Of a DNA stretch of 64,000 nt, positions 12,901-26,300 are shown in pieces (the first letter of the stretch is position 1; every line of letters begins with the position of its first letter). The stretch comes from Eledone cirrhosa (Eukaryota). Under the pieces are notes generated by a model. That model was not told where the DNA came from, ran no database searches, and saw only the letters and a list, made by a program, of their open reading frames with translations. Made by a program: the position numbers and the translations under genes. The DNA lies in contig OZ024753.1 in the NCBI GenBank assembly GCA_964016885.1, forward strand, positions 28,396,001-28,460,000. Direction: 5' to 3'.

Positions 12901-15900
12901 TCTATATAATTATTACTGCCACACAGTCACTCATGTATGGGCCTTGGTAGTTACAAAAGACAGCTCTATATAATTATTACTGCCAGACAGTCACTCATGT
13001 AGTGGCCTTGGTAGTTACAAAAGAGAGCTCTATATAATTATTACTGCCAGACAGTCACTCATGTATGGGCCTTGGTAGTTACAAAAGAGAGCTCTATATA
13101 ATTATTACTGCCAGACAGTCACTCATGTATGGGCCTTGGTAGTTACAAAAGACAGCTCTATATAATTATTACTGCCAGACAGTCACTCATGTATGGGCCT
13201 TGGTAGTTACAAAAGAGAGCTCTATATAATTATTACTGCCAGACAGTCACTCATGTATGGGCCTTGGTAGTTACAAAAGACAGCTCTATATAATTATTAC
13301 TGCCAGACAGTCACTCATGTATGGGCCTTGGTAGTTACAAAAGAGAGCTCTATATAATTATTACTGCCAGACAGTCACTCATGTATGGGCCTTGGTAGTT
13401 ACAAAAGAGAGCTCTATATAATTATTACTGCCAGACAGTCACTCATGTATGGGCCTTGGTAGTTACAAAAGACAGCTCTATATAATTATTACTGCCAGAC
13501 AGTCACTCATGTATGGGCCTTGGTAGTTACAAAAGAGAGCTCTATATAATTATTACTGCCAGACAGTCACCCATGTATGGGCCTTGGTAGTTACAAAAGA
13601 CAGCTCTATATAATTATTACTGCCAGACAGTCACTCATGTATAGGCCTTGGTAGTTACAAAAGGGAGCTCTATATAATTATTACTGCCAGACAGTCACTC
13701 ATGTATAGGCCTTGGTAGTTACAAAAGAGAGCTCTATATAATTATTACTGCCAGACAGTCACTCATGTATGGGCCTTGGTAGTTACAAAAGAGAGCTCTA
13801 TATAATTACTACTGCCAGACAGTCACTCATGTATGGGCCTTGGTAGTTACAAAAGAGAGCTCTATATAATTATTACTGCCAGACAGTCACTCATGTATGG
13901 GCCTTGGTAGTTACAAAAGACAGCTCTATATAATTATTACTGCCAGACAGTCACTCATGTATGGGCCTTGGTAGTTACAAAAGAGAGCTCTATATAATTA
14001 TTACTGCCAGACAGTCACTCATGTATAGGCCTTGGTAGTTATAAAAGGGAGCTCTATATAATTATTACTGCCAGACAGTCACTCATGCATGGGCCTTGGT
14101 AGTTACAAAAGACAGCTCTATATAATTATTACTGCCAAACAGTCACTCATGTATGGGCCTTGGTAGTTACAAAAGAGAGCTCTATATAATTATTACTGCC
14201 AGACAGTCACTCATGTATAGGCCTTGGTAGTTACAAAAGGGAGCTCTATATAATTATTACTGCCAGACAGTCACTCATGTATAGGCCTTGGTAGTTACAA
14301 AAGAGAGCTCTATATAATTATTACTGCCAGACAGTCACTCATGGATGGGCCTTGGTAGTTACAAAAGAGAGCTCTATATAATTATTACTGCCAGGCAGTC
14401 ACTCATGTATGGGCCTTGGTAGTTACAAAAGACAGCTCTATATAATTATTACTGCCAGACAGTCACTCATATATGGGCCTTGGTAGTTACAAAAGAGAGC
14501 TCTATATAATTATTACTGCCAGACAGTCACTCATGTATGGGCCTTGGTAGTTACAAAAGACAGCTCTATATAATTATTACTGCCAGACAGTCACTCATGT
14601 ATAGGCCTTGGTAGTTACAAAAGAGAGCTCTATATAATTATTACTGCCACACAGTCACTCATGTATGGGCCTTGGTAGTTACAAAAGAGAGCTCTATTAA
14701 ATTATTACTGCCAGACAGTCACTCATGTATGGGCCTTGGTAGTTAAAAAAGAGAGCTCTATATAATTATTATTGCAAGACAGTCACTCATGTATGGGCCT
14801 TGATAGTTACAAAAGAGAGCTCTATATAATTATTACTGCCAGACAGTCACTCATGTATGGGCCTTGGTAGTTACAAAAGACAGCTCTATATAATTATTAC
14901 TGCCAGACAGTCACTCATGTATGGGTCTTGGTAGTTACAAAAGAGAGCTCTATATAATTATTACTGCCAGACAGTCACTCATGTATGGGCCTTGGTAGTT
15001 ACAAAAGGGAGCTCTATATAATTATTACTGCCAGACAGTCACTCATGTATAGGCATTGGTAGTTACAAAAGAGAGCTCTATATAATTATTACTGCCAGAC
15101 AGTCACTCATGTATGGGCCTTGGTAGTTACAAAAGAGAGCTCTATATAATTATTACTGCCAGACAGTCACTCATGTATAGGCATTGGTAGTTACAAAAGA
15201 GAGCTCTATATAATTATTACTGCCAGACAGTCACTCATGTATGAGCCTTGGTAGTTACATAAGAGAGCTCTATAAAATTATTACTGCCAGACAGTCACTC
15301 ATGTATGGGCCTTGGTAGTTAAAAAAGAGAGCTCTATATAATTATTACTGCAAGACAGTCACTCATGTATGGGCCTTGGTAGTTACAAAAGAGAGCTCTA
15401 TATAATTATTACTGCCACCCAGTCACTCATTTATGGGCCTTGGTAGTTACAAAAGACAGCTCTATATAATTATTACTGCCAGACAGTCACTCATGTAGTG
15501 GCCTTGGTAGTTACAAAAGAGAGCTCTATATAATTATTACTGCCAGACAGTCACTCATGTATGGGCCTTGGTAGTTACAAAAGAGAGCTCTATATAATTA
15601 TTACTGCCAGACAGTCACTCATGTATGGGCCTTGGTAGTTACAAAAGACAGCTCTATATAATTATTACTGCCAGACAGTCACTCATGTATGGGCCTTGGT
15701 AGTTACAAAAGAGAGCTCTATATAATTATTACTGCCAGACAGTCACTCATGTATGGGCCTTGGTAGTTACAAAAGACAGCTCTATATAATTATTACTGCC
15801 AGACAGTCACTCATGTATAGGCCTTGGTAGTTACAAAAGGGAGCTCTATATAATTATTACTGCCAGACAGTCACTCATGTATAGGCCTTGGTAGTTACAA

Positions 15901-18900
15901 AAGAGAGCTCTATATAATTATTACTGCCAGACAGTCACTCATGTATGGGCCTTGGTAGTTACAAAAGAGAGCTCTATATAATTATTACTGCCAGACAGTC
16001 ACTCATGTATGGGCCTTGGTAGTTACAAAAGACAGCTCTATATAATTATTACTGCCAGACAGTCACTCATGTATGGGCCTTGGTAGTTACAAAAGAGAGC
16101 TCTATATAATTATTACTGCCAGACAGTCACTCATGTATAGGCCTTGGTAGTTACAAAAGGGAGCTCTATATAATTATTACTGCCAGACAGTCACTCATGT
16201 ATAGGCATTGGTAGTTACAAAAGAGAGCTCTATATAATTATTACTGCCAGACAGTCACTCATGTATGGGCCTTGGTAGTTACAAAAGACAGCTCTATATA
16301 ATTATTACTGCCAGACAGTGACTCATGTATGGGCCTTGGTAGTTACAAAAGAGAGCTCTATATAATTATTACTGCCAGACAGTCACTCATGTATAGGCCT
16401 TGGTAGTTACAAAAGGGAGCTCTATATAATTATTACTGCCAGAAAGTCACTCATGTATAGGCCTTGGTAGTTAAAAAAGAGAGCTCTATATAATTATTAC
16501 TGCCACACAGTCACTCATGTATGGGCCTTGGTAGTTACAAAAGACAGCTCTATATAATTATTACTGCCAGACAGTCACTCATGTAGTGGCCTTGGTAGTT
16601 ACAAAAGAGAGCTCTATATAATTATTACTGCCAGACAGTCACTCATGTATGGGCTTTGGTAGTTACAAAAGAGAGCTCTATATAATTAATACTGCCAGAC
16701 AGTCACTCATGTATGGGCCTAGGTAGTTACAAAAGACAGCTCTATATAATTATTACTGCCAGACAGTCACTCATGTATGGGCCTTGGTAGTTACAAAAGA
16801 GAGCTCTATATAATTATTACTGCCAGACAGTCACTCATGTATGGGCCTTGGTAGTTACAAAAGAGAGCTCTATATAATTATTACTGCCAGACAGTCACTC
16901 ATGTATAGGCCTTGGTAGTTACAAAAGGGAGCTCTATATAATTATTACTGCCAGACAGTCACTCATGTATAGGTCTTGGTAGTTACAAAAGAGAGCTCTA
17001 TATAATTATTACTGCCACACAGTCACTCATGTATGGGCCTTGGTAGTTACAAAAGACAGCTCTATATAATTATTACTGCCAGACAGTCACTCATGTATGG
17101 GCCTTGGTAGTTACAAAAAAGAGCTCTATATAATTATTACTGCCAGACAGTCACTCATGTATGGGCCTTGGTAGTTATAAAAGAGAGCTCTATATAATTA
17201 TTACTGCCAGACAGTCACTCATGTATGGGCCTTGGTAGTTACAAAAGACAGCTCTATATAATTATTACTGCCAGACAGTCACTCATGTATGGGCCTTGGT
17301 AGTTACAAAAGAGAGCTCTATATAATTATTACTGCCAGACAGTCACTCATGTATGGGCCTTGGTAGTTACAAAAGACAGCTCTATATAATTATTACTGCC
17401 AGACAGACACACATGTATGGGCCTTGGCAGTTACAAAAGACAGCTCTATATAATTATTACTGCCAGACAGTCACTCATGTATAGGCCTTGGTAGTTACAA
17501 AAGGGAGCTCTATATAATTATTACTGCCAGACAGTCACTCATGTATAGGTCTTGGTAGTTACAAAAGAGAGCTCTATATAATTATTACTGCCACACAGTC
17601 ACTCATGTATGGGCCTTGGTAGTTACAAAAGAGAGCTCTATATAATTATTACTGCCAGACATTCACTCATGTATGGGCCTTGTTAGTTACAAAAGAGAGC
17701 TCTATATAATTGTTACTGCCAGACGGTCACTCATGTATGGGCCTTGTTATTTACAAAAGAGAGCTCTATATAATTATTACTGCCAGACAGTCACTCATGT
17801 ATGGGCCTTGGTAGTTACAAAAGAGAGCTCTATATAATTGTTACTGCCAGACAGTCACTCATGTATGGGCCTTGGTAGTTACAAAAGAGAGCTCTATATA
17901 ATTGTTACTGCCAGACAGTCACTCATGTATAGGCCTTGGTAGTTACAAAAGAGAGTTCTATATAATTATTACTGCCAGACAGTCACTCATGTATGGGCCT
18001 TGGTAGTTACAAAAGAGAGCTCTATATAATTGTTACTGCCAGACAGTCACTCATGTATGGGCCTTGGTTACAAAAGAGAGCTCTATATAATTATTACTGC
18101 CAGACAGTCACTCATGTATGGGCCTTGGTAGTTACAAAAGAGAGCTCTATATAATTGTTACTGGCAGATAGTCACTCATGTATGGGCCTTGGTAGTTACA
18201 AAAGAGAGCTCTATATAATTATTACTGCCAGACAGTCACTCATGTATGGGCCTTGGTAGTTACAAAAGAGAGCTCTATATAATTGTTACTGCCAGACAGT
18301 CACTCATGTATAGGCTTTGGTAGTTACAAAAGGGAGCTCTATATAATTATTACTGCCAGACAGTCACTCATGTATGGGCCTTGGTAGTTACAAAAGACAG
18401 CTCTATATAATTATTACTGCCAGACAGTCACTCATGTAAGGGCATTGGTAGTTACAAAAGACAGCTCTATATAATTGTTACTGCCAGACAGTCACTAATG
18501 TATAGGCCTTAGTAGTTACAAAAGAGAGTTCTATATAATTATTACTGCCAGACAGTCACTCATGTATGGGCCTTGGTAGTTACAAAAGAGAGCTCTATAT
18601 AATTGTTACTGCCAGACAGTCACTCATGTATGGGCCTTGGTAGTTACAAAAGAGAGCTCTATATAATTATTACTGCCAGACAGTCACTCATGTATGGGCC
18701 TTGGTAGTTACAAAAGAGAGCTCTATATAATTGTTACTGGCAGATAGTCACTCATGTATGGGCCTTGGTAGTTACAAAAGAGAGCTCTATATAATTATTA
18801 CTGCCAGACAGTCACTCATGTATGGGCCTTGGTAGTTACAAAAGAGAGCTCTATATAATTATTACTGCCAGACAGTCACTCATGTATAGGCCTTGGTAGT

Positions 18901-20329
18901 TACAAAAGAGAGCTCTATATAATTATTACTGCCAGACAGTCACTCATGTATAGGCATTGGTAGTTACAAAAGCGAGTTATATATAATTATTACTGCCAGA
19001 CAGTCACTCATGTATGGGCCTTGGTAGTTACAAAAGACAGCTCTATATAATTATTACTGCCAGACAGTCACTCATGTATGGGCCTTGGTAGTTACAAAAG
19101 AGAGCTCTATATAATTATTACTGCCAGACAGTCACTCATGTATAGGCATTGGTAGTTACAAAAGAGAGCTCTATATAATTATTACTGCCAGACAGTCACT
19201 CATGTATGAGCCTTGGTAGTTACAAAAGAGAGCTCTATAAAATTATTACTGCCAGACAGTCACTCATGTATGGGCCTTGGTAGTTAAAAAAGAGAGCTCT
19301 ATATAATTATTACTGCCAGACAGTCACTCATGTATGGGCCTTGGTAGTTACAAAAGAGAGCTCTATATAATTATTACTGCCAGACAGTCACTCATGTACA
19401 GGCCTTGGTAGTTACAAAAGGGAGCTCTATATAATTATTACTGCCAGACAGTCACTCATGTATAGGCCTTGGTAGTTACAAAAGAGAGCGCTATATAATT
19501 ATTACTGCCACACAGTCACTCATGTATGGGCCTTGGTAGTTACAAAAGACAGCTCTATATAATTATTACTGCCAGACAGTCACACATGTATGGGCCTTGG
19601 TAGTTACAAAAGAGAGCTCTATATAATTATTACTGCCAGACAGTCACTCATGTATGGGCCTTGGTAGTTACAAAAGAGAGCTCTATATAATTATTACTGC
19701 CAGACAGTCACTCATGTATGGGCCTTGTAGCTACAAAAGACAGCTCTATATAACTATTACTGCCAGACAGTCACTCATGTATGGGCCTTGGTAGTTACAA
19801 AAGGGAGCTCTATATAATTATTACTGCCAGACAGTCACTCATGTATGGGCCTTGAAAGTTACAAAGACAGCTCTATATAATTATTACTGCCAGACATTCA
19901 CTCATGTATGGGCCTTGTTAGTTACAAAAGAGAGCTCTATATAATTATTACTGCCAGACATTCACTCATGTATGGGCCTTGGTAGTTACAAAAGGGAGCT
20001 CTATATAATTATTACTGCCAGACAGTCACTCATGTATAGGTCTTGGTAGTTACAAAAGAGAGCTCTATATAATTATTACTGCCACACAGTCACTCATGTA
20101 TGGGCCTTGGTAGTTACAAAAGACAGCTCTATATAATTATTACTGCCAGACAGTCACTCATGTATGGGCCTTGGTAGTTACAAAAAAGAGCTCTCTATAA
20201 TTATTACTGCCAGACAGTCACTCATGTATGGGCCTTGGTAGTTATAAAAGAGAGCTCTATATAATTATTACTGCCAGACAGTCACTCATGTATGGGCCTT
20301 GGTAGTTACAAAAGACAGCTCTATATAAT

Positions 20330-23300
20330 TATTACTGCCAGACAGTCACTCATGTATGGGCCTTGGTAGTTACAAAAGAGAGCTCTATATAATTATTACT
20401 GCCAGACAGTCACTCATGTATGGGCCTTGGTAGTTACAAAAGACAGCTCTATATAATTATTACTGCCAGACAGACACACATGTATGGGCCTTGGCAGTTA
20501 CAAAAGACAGCTCTATATAATTATTACTGCCAGACAGTCACTCATGTATGGGCCTTGGTAGTTACAAAAGAGAGCTCTATATAATTATTACTGCCAGACA
20601 TTCACTCATGTATGGGCCTTGTTAGTTACAAAAGAGAGCTCTATATAATTGTTACTGCCAGACGGTCACTCATGTATGGGCCTTGTTATTTACAAAAGAG
20701 AGCTCTATATAATTATTACTGCCAGACAGTGACTCATGTATGGGCCTTGGTAGTTACAAAAGAGAGCTCTATATAATTGTTACTGCCAGACAGTCACTCA
20801 TGTATGGGCCTTGGTAGTTACAAAAGAGAGCTCTATATAATTGTTACTGCCAGACAGTCACTCATGTATAGGCCTTGGTAGTTACAAAAGGGAGCTCTAT
20901 ATAATTATTACTGCCAGACAGTCACTCATGTATGGGCCTTGGTAGTTACAAAAGACAGCTCTATATAATTATTACTGCCAGACAGTCACTCATGTAAGGG
21001 CATTGGTAGTTACAAAAGACAGCTCTATATAATTGTTACTGCCAGACAGTCACTAATGTATAGGCCTTAGTAGTTACAAAAGAGAGTTCTATATAATTAT
21101 TACTGCCAGACAGTCACTCATGTATGGGCCTTGGTAGTTACAAAAGAGAGCTCTATATAATTGTTACTGCCAGACAGTCACTCATGTATGGGCCTTGGTT
21201 ACAAAAGAGAGCTCTATATAATTATTACTGCCAGACAGTCACTCATGTATGGGCCTTGGTAGTTACAAAAGAGAGCTCTATATAATTGTTACTGGCAGAT
21301 AGTCACTCATGTATGGGCCTTGGTAGTTACAAAAGAGAGCTCTATATAATTATTACTGCCAGACAGTCACTCATGTATGGGCCTTGGTAGTTACAAAAGA
21401 GAGCTCTATATAATTGTTACTGCCAGACAGTCACTCATGTATAGGCCTTGGTAGTTACAAAAGGGAGCTCTATATAATTATTACTGCCAGACAGTCACTC
21501 ATGTATGGGCCTTGGTAGTTACAAAAGACAGCTCTATATAATTATTACTGCCAGACAGTCACTCATGTAAGGGCATTGGTAGTTACAAAAGACAGCTCTA
21601 TATAATTGTTACTGCCAGACAGTCACTAATGTATAGGCCTTAGTAGTTACAAAAGAGAGTTCTATATAATTATTACTGCCAGACAGTCACTCATGTATGG
21701 GCCTTGGTAGTTACAAAAGAGAGCTCTATATAATTATTACTGCCAGACAGTCACTCATGTATGGGCCTTGGTAGTTACAAAAGAGAGCTCTATATAATTA
21801 TTACTGCCAGACAGTCACTCATGTATGGGCCTTGGTAGTTACAAAAGAGAGCTCTATATAATTGTTACTGGCAGATAGTCACTCATGTATGGGCCTTGGT
21901 AGTTACAAAAGAGAGCTCTATATAATTATTACTGCCAGACAGTCACTCATGTATGGGCCTTGGTAGTTACAAAAGAGAGCTCTATATAATTATTACTGCC
22001 AGACAGTCACTCATGTATAGGCCTTGGTAGTTACAAAAGAGAGCTCTATATAATTATTACTGCCAGACAGACACACATGTATGGGCCTTGGCAGTTACAA
22101 AAGACAGCTCTATATAATTATTACTGCCAGACAGGCACTCATGTATGGGCCTTGGTAGTTACAAAAGAGAGCTCTATATAATTATTACTGCCAGACATTC
22201 ACTCATGTATGGGCCTTGTTAGTTACAAAAGAGAGCTCTATATAATTGTTACTGCCAGACGGTCACTCATGTATGTGCCTTGTTATTTACAAAAGAGAGC
22301 TCTATATAATTATTACTGCCAGACAGTCACTCATGTATGGGCCTTGGTAGTTACAAAAGAGAGCTCTATATAATTGTTACTGCCAGACAGTCACTCATGT
22401 ATGGGCCTTGGTAGTTACAAAAGAGAGCTCTATATAATTGTTACTGCCAGACAGTCACTCATGTATAGGCCTTGGTAGTTACAAAAGGGAGCTCTATATA
22501 ATTATTACTGCCAGACAGTCACTCATGTATGGGCCTTGGTAGTTACAAAAGACAGCTCTATATAATTATTACTGCCAGACAGTCACTCATGTAAGGGCAT
22601 TGGTAGTTACAAAAGACAGCTCTATATAATTGTTACTGCCAGACAGTCACTAATGTATAGGCCTTAGTAGTTACAAAAGAGAGTTCTATATAATTATTAC
22701 TGCCAGACAGTCACTCATGTATGGGCCTTGGTAGTTACAAAAGAGAGCTCTATATAATTGTTACTGCCAGACAGTCACTCATGTATGGGCCTTGGTTACA
22801 AAAGAGAGCTCTATATAATTATTACTGCCAGACAGTCACTCATGTATGGGCCTTGGTAGTTACAAAAGAGAGCTCTATATAATTGTTACTGGCAGATAGT
22901 CACTCATGTATGGGCCTTGGTAGTTACAAAAGAGAGCTCTATATAATTATTACTGCCAGACAGTCACTCATGTATGGGCCTTGGTAGTTACAAAAGAGAG
23001 CTCTATATAATTGTTACTGCCAGACAGTCACTCAGGTATAGGCCTTGGTAGTTACAAAAGGGAGCTCTATATAATTATTACTGCCAGACAGTCACTCATG
23101 TATGGGCCTTGGTAGTTACAAAAGACAGCACTATATAATTATTACTGCCAGACAGTCACTCATGTAAGGGCATTGGTAGTTACAAAAGACAGCTCTATAT
23201 AATTATTACTGCCAGACAGTCACTAATGTATAGGCCTTAGTAGTTACAAAAGAGAGTTCTATATAATTATTACTGCCAGACAGTCACTCATGTATGGGCC

Positions 23301-26300
23301 TTGGTAGTTACAAAAGAGAGCTCTATATAATTGTTACTGCCAGACAGTCACTCATGTATGGGCCTTGGTAGTTACAAAAGAGAGCTCTATATAATTATTA
23401 CTGCCAGACAGTCACTCATGTATGGGCCTTGGTAGTTACAAAAGAGAGCTCTATATAATTGTTACTGGCAGATAGTCACTCATGTATGGGCCTTGGTAGT
23501 TACAAAAGAGAGCTCTATATAATTATTACTGCCAGACAGTCACTCATGTATGGGCCTTGGTAGTTACAAAAGAGAGCTCTATATAATTATTACTGCCAGA
23601 CAGTCACTCATGTATAGGCATTGGTAGTTACAAAAGCGAGTTATATATAATTATTACTGCCAGACAGTCACTCATGTATGGGCCTTGGTAGTTACAAAAG
23701 ACAGCTCTATATAATTATTACTGCCAGACAGTCACTCATGTATGGGCCTTGGTAGTTACAAAAGAGAGTTCTATATAATTATTACTGCCAGACAGTCACT
23801 CATGTATAGGCATTGGTAGTTACAAAAGAGAGCTCTATATAATTATTACTGCCAGACAGTCACTCATGTATGAGCCTTGGTAGTTACAAAAGAGAGCTCT
23901 ATAAAATTATTACTGCCAGACAGTCACTCATGTATGGGCCTTGGTAGTTAAAAAAGAGAGCTCTATATAATTATTACTGCCAGACAGTCACTCATGTATG
24001 GGCCTTGGTAGTTACAAAAGAGAGCTCTATATAATTATTACTGCCAGACAGTCACTCATGTACAGGCCTTGGTAGTTACAAAAGGGAGCTCTATATAATT
24101 ATTACTGCCAGACAGTCACTCATGTATAGGGCTTGGTAGTTACAAAAGAGAGCTCTATATAATTATTACTGCCACACAGTCACTCATGTATGGGCCTTGG
24201 TAGTTACAAAAGACAGCTCTATATAATTATTACTGCCAGACAGTCACTCATGTATGGGCCTTGGTAGTTAAAAAAGAGAGCTCTATAAAATTATTACTGC
24301 CAGACAGTCACTCATGTATGGGCCTTGGTAGTTAAAAAAGAGAGCTCTATATAATTATTACTGCCAGACAGTCACTCATGTATGGGCCTTGGTAGTTACA
24401 AAAGACAGCTCTATATAATTATTACTGCCAGACAGTCACTCATGTATGGGCCTTGGTAGTTACAAAAGAGAGTTCTATATAATTATTACTGCCAGACAGT
24501 CACTCATGTATAGGCATTGGTAGTTACAAAAGAGAGCTCTATATAATTATTACTGCCAGACAGTCACTCATGTATGAGCCTTGGTAGTTACAAAAGAGAG
24601 CTCTATAAAATTATTACTGCCAGACAGTCACTCATGTATGGGCCTTGGTAGTTAAAAAAGAGAGCTCTATATAATTATTACTGCCAGACAGTCACTCATG
24701 TATGGGCCTTGGTAGTTACAAAAGAGAGCTCTATATAATTATTACTGCCAGACAGTCACTCATGTACAGGCCTTGGTAGTTACAAAAGGGAGCTCTATAT
24801 AATTATTACTGCCAGACAGTCACTCATGTATAGGGCTTGGTAGTTACAAAAGAGAGCTCTATATAATTATTACTGCCACACAGTCACTCATGTATGGGCC
24901 TTGGTAGTTACAAAAGACAGCTCTATATAATTATTACTGCCAGACAGTCACTCATGTATGGGCCTTGGTAGTTACAAAAGAGAGCTCTATATAATTATTA
25001 CTGCCAGACAGTCACTCATGTATGGGCCTTGGTAGTTACAAAAGAGAGCTCTATATAATTATTACTGCCAGACAGTCACTCATGTATGGGCCTTGGTAGT
25101 TACAAAAGACAGCTCTATATAACTATTACTGCCAGACAGTCACTCATGTATGGGCCTTGGTAGTTACAAAAGGGAGCTCTATATAATTATTACTGCCAGA
25201 CACTCACTCATGTATGGGCCTTGAAAGTTACAAAGACAGCTCTATATAATTATTACTGCCAGACATTCACTCATGTATGGGCCTTGTTAGTTACAAAAGA
25301 GAGCTCTATATAATTATTACTGCCAGACAGTCACTCATGTATAGGCCTTGGTAGTTACAAAAGGGAGCTCTATATAATTATTATTGCCAGACAGTCACTC
25401 ATGTATAGGTCTTGGTAGTTACAAAAGAGAGCTCTATATAATTATTACTGCCACACAGTCACTCATGTATGGGCCTTGGTAGTTACAAAAGAGAGCTCTA
25501 TATAATTATTACTGCCAGACAGTCACTCATGTATGGGCCTTGGTAGTTACAAAAGACAGCTCTATATAATTATTACTGCCAGACAGACACACATGTATGG
25601 GCCTTGGCAGTTACAAAAGACAGCTCTATATAATTATTACTGCCAGACAGTCACTCATGTATGGGCCTTGGTAGTTACAAAAGAGAGCTCTATATAATTA
25701 TTACTGCCAGACATTCACTCATGTATGGGCCTTGTTAGTTACAAAAGAGAGCTCTATATAATTGTTACTGCCAGACGGTCACTCATGTATGGGCCTTGTT
25801 ATTTACAAAAGAGAGCTCTATATAATTATTACTGCCAGACAGTGACTCATGTATGGGCCTTGGTAGTTACAAAAGAGAGCTCTATATAATTGTTACTGCC
25901 AGACAGTCACTCATGTATGGGCCTTGGTAGTTACAAAAGAGAGCTCTATATAATTGTTACTGCCAGACAGTCACTCATGTATAGGCCTTGGTAGTTACAA
26001 AAGGGAGCTCTATATAATTATTACTGCCAGACAGTCACTCATGTATGGGCCTTGGTAGTTACAAAAGACAGCTCTATATAATTATTACTGCCAGACAGTC
26101 ACTCATGTAAGGGCATTGGTAGTTACAAAAGACAGCTCTATATAATTGTTACTGCCAGACAGTCACTAATGTATAGGCCTTAGTAGTTACAAAAGAGAGT
26201 TCTATATAATTATTACTGCCAGACAGTCACTCATGTATGGGCCTTGGTAGTTACAAAAGAGAGCTCTATATAATTGTTACTGCCAGACAGTCACTCATGT

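Noticed and set aside
19852-19881. Sigma70-like promoter TTGAAA-N18-TATAAT in the TTGAAAG variant monomers
   Set aside because: No downstream gene and no prokaryotic context; likely a chance match in an AT-rich satellite.
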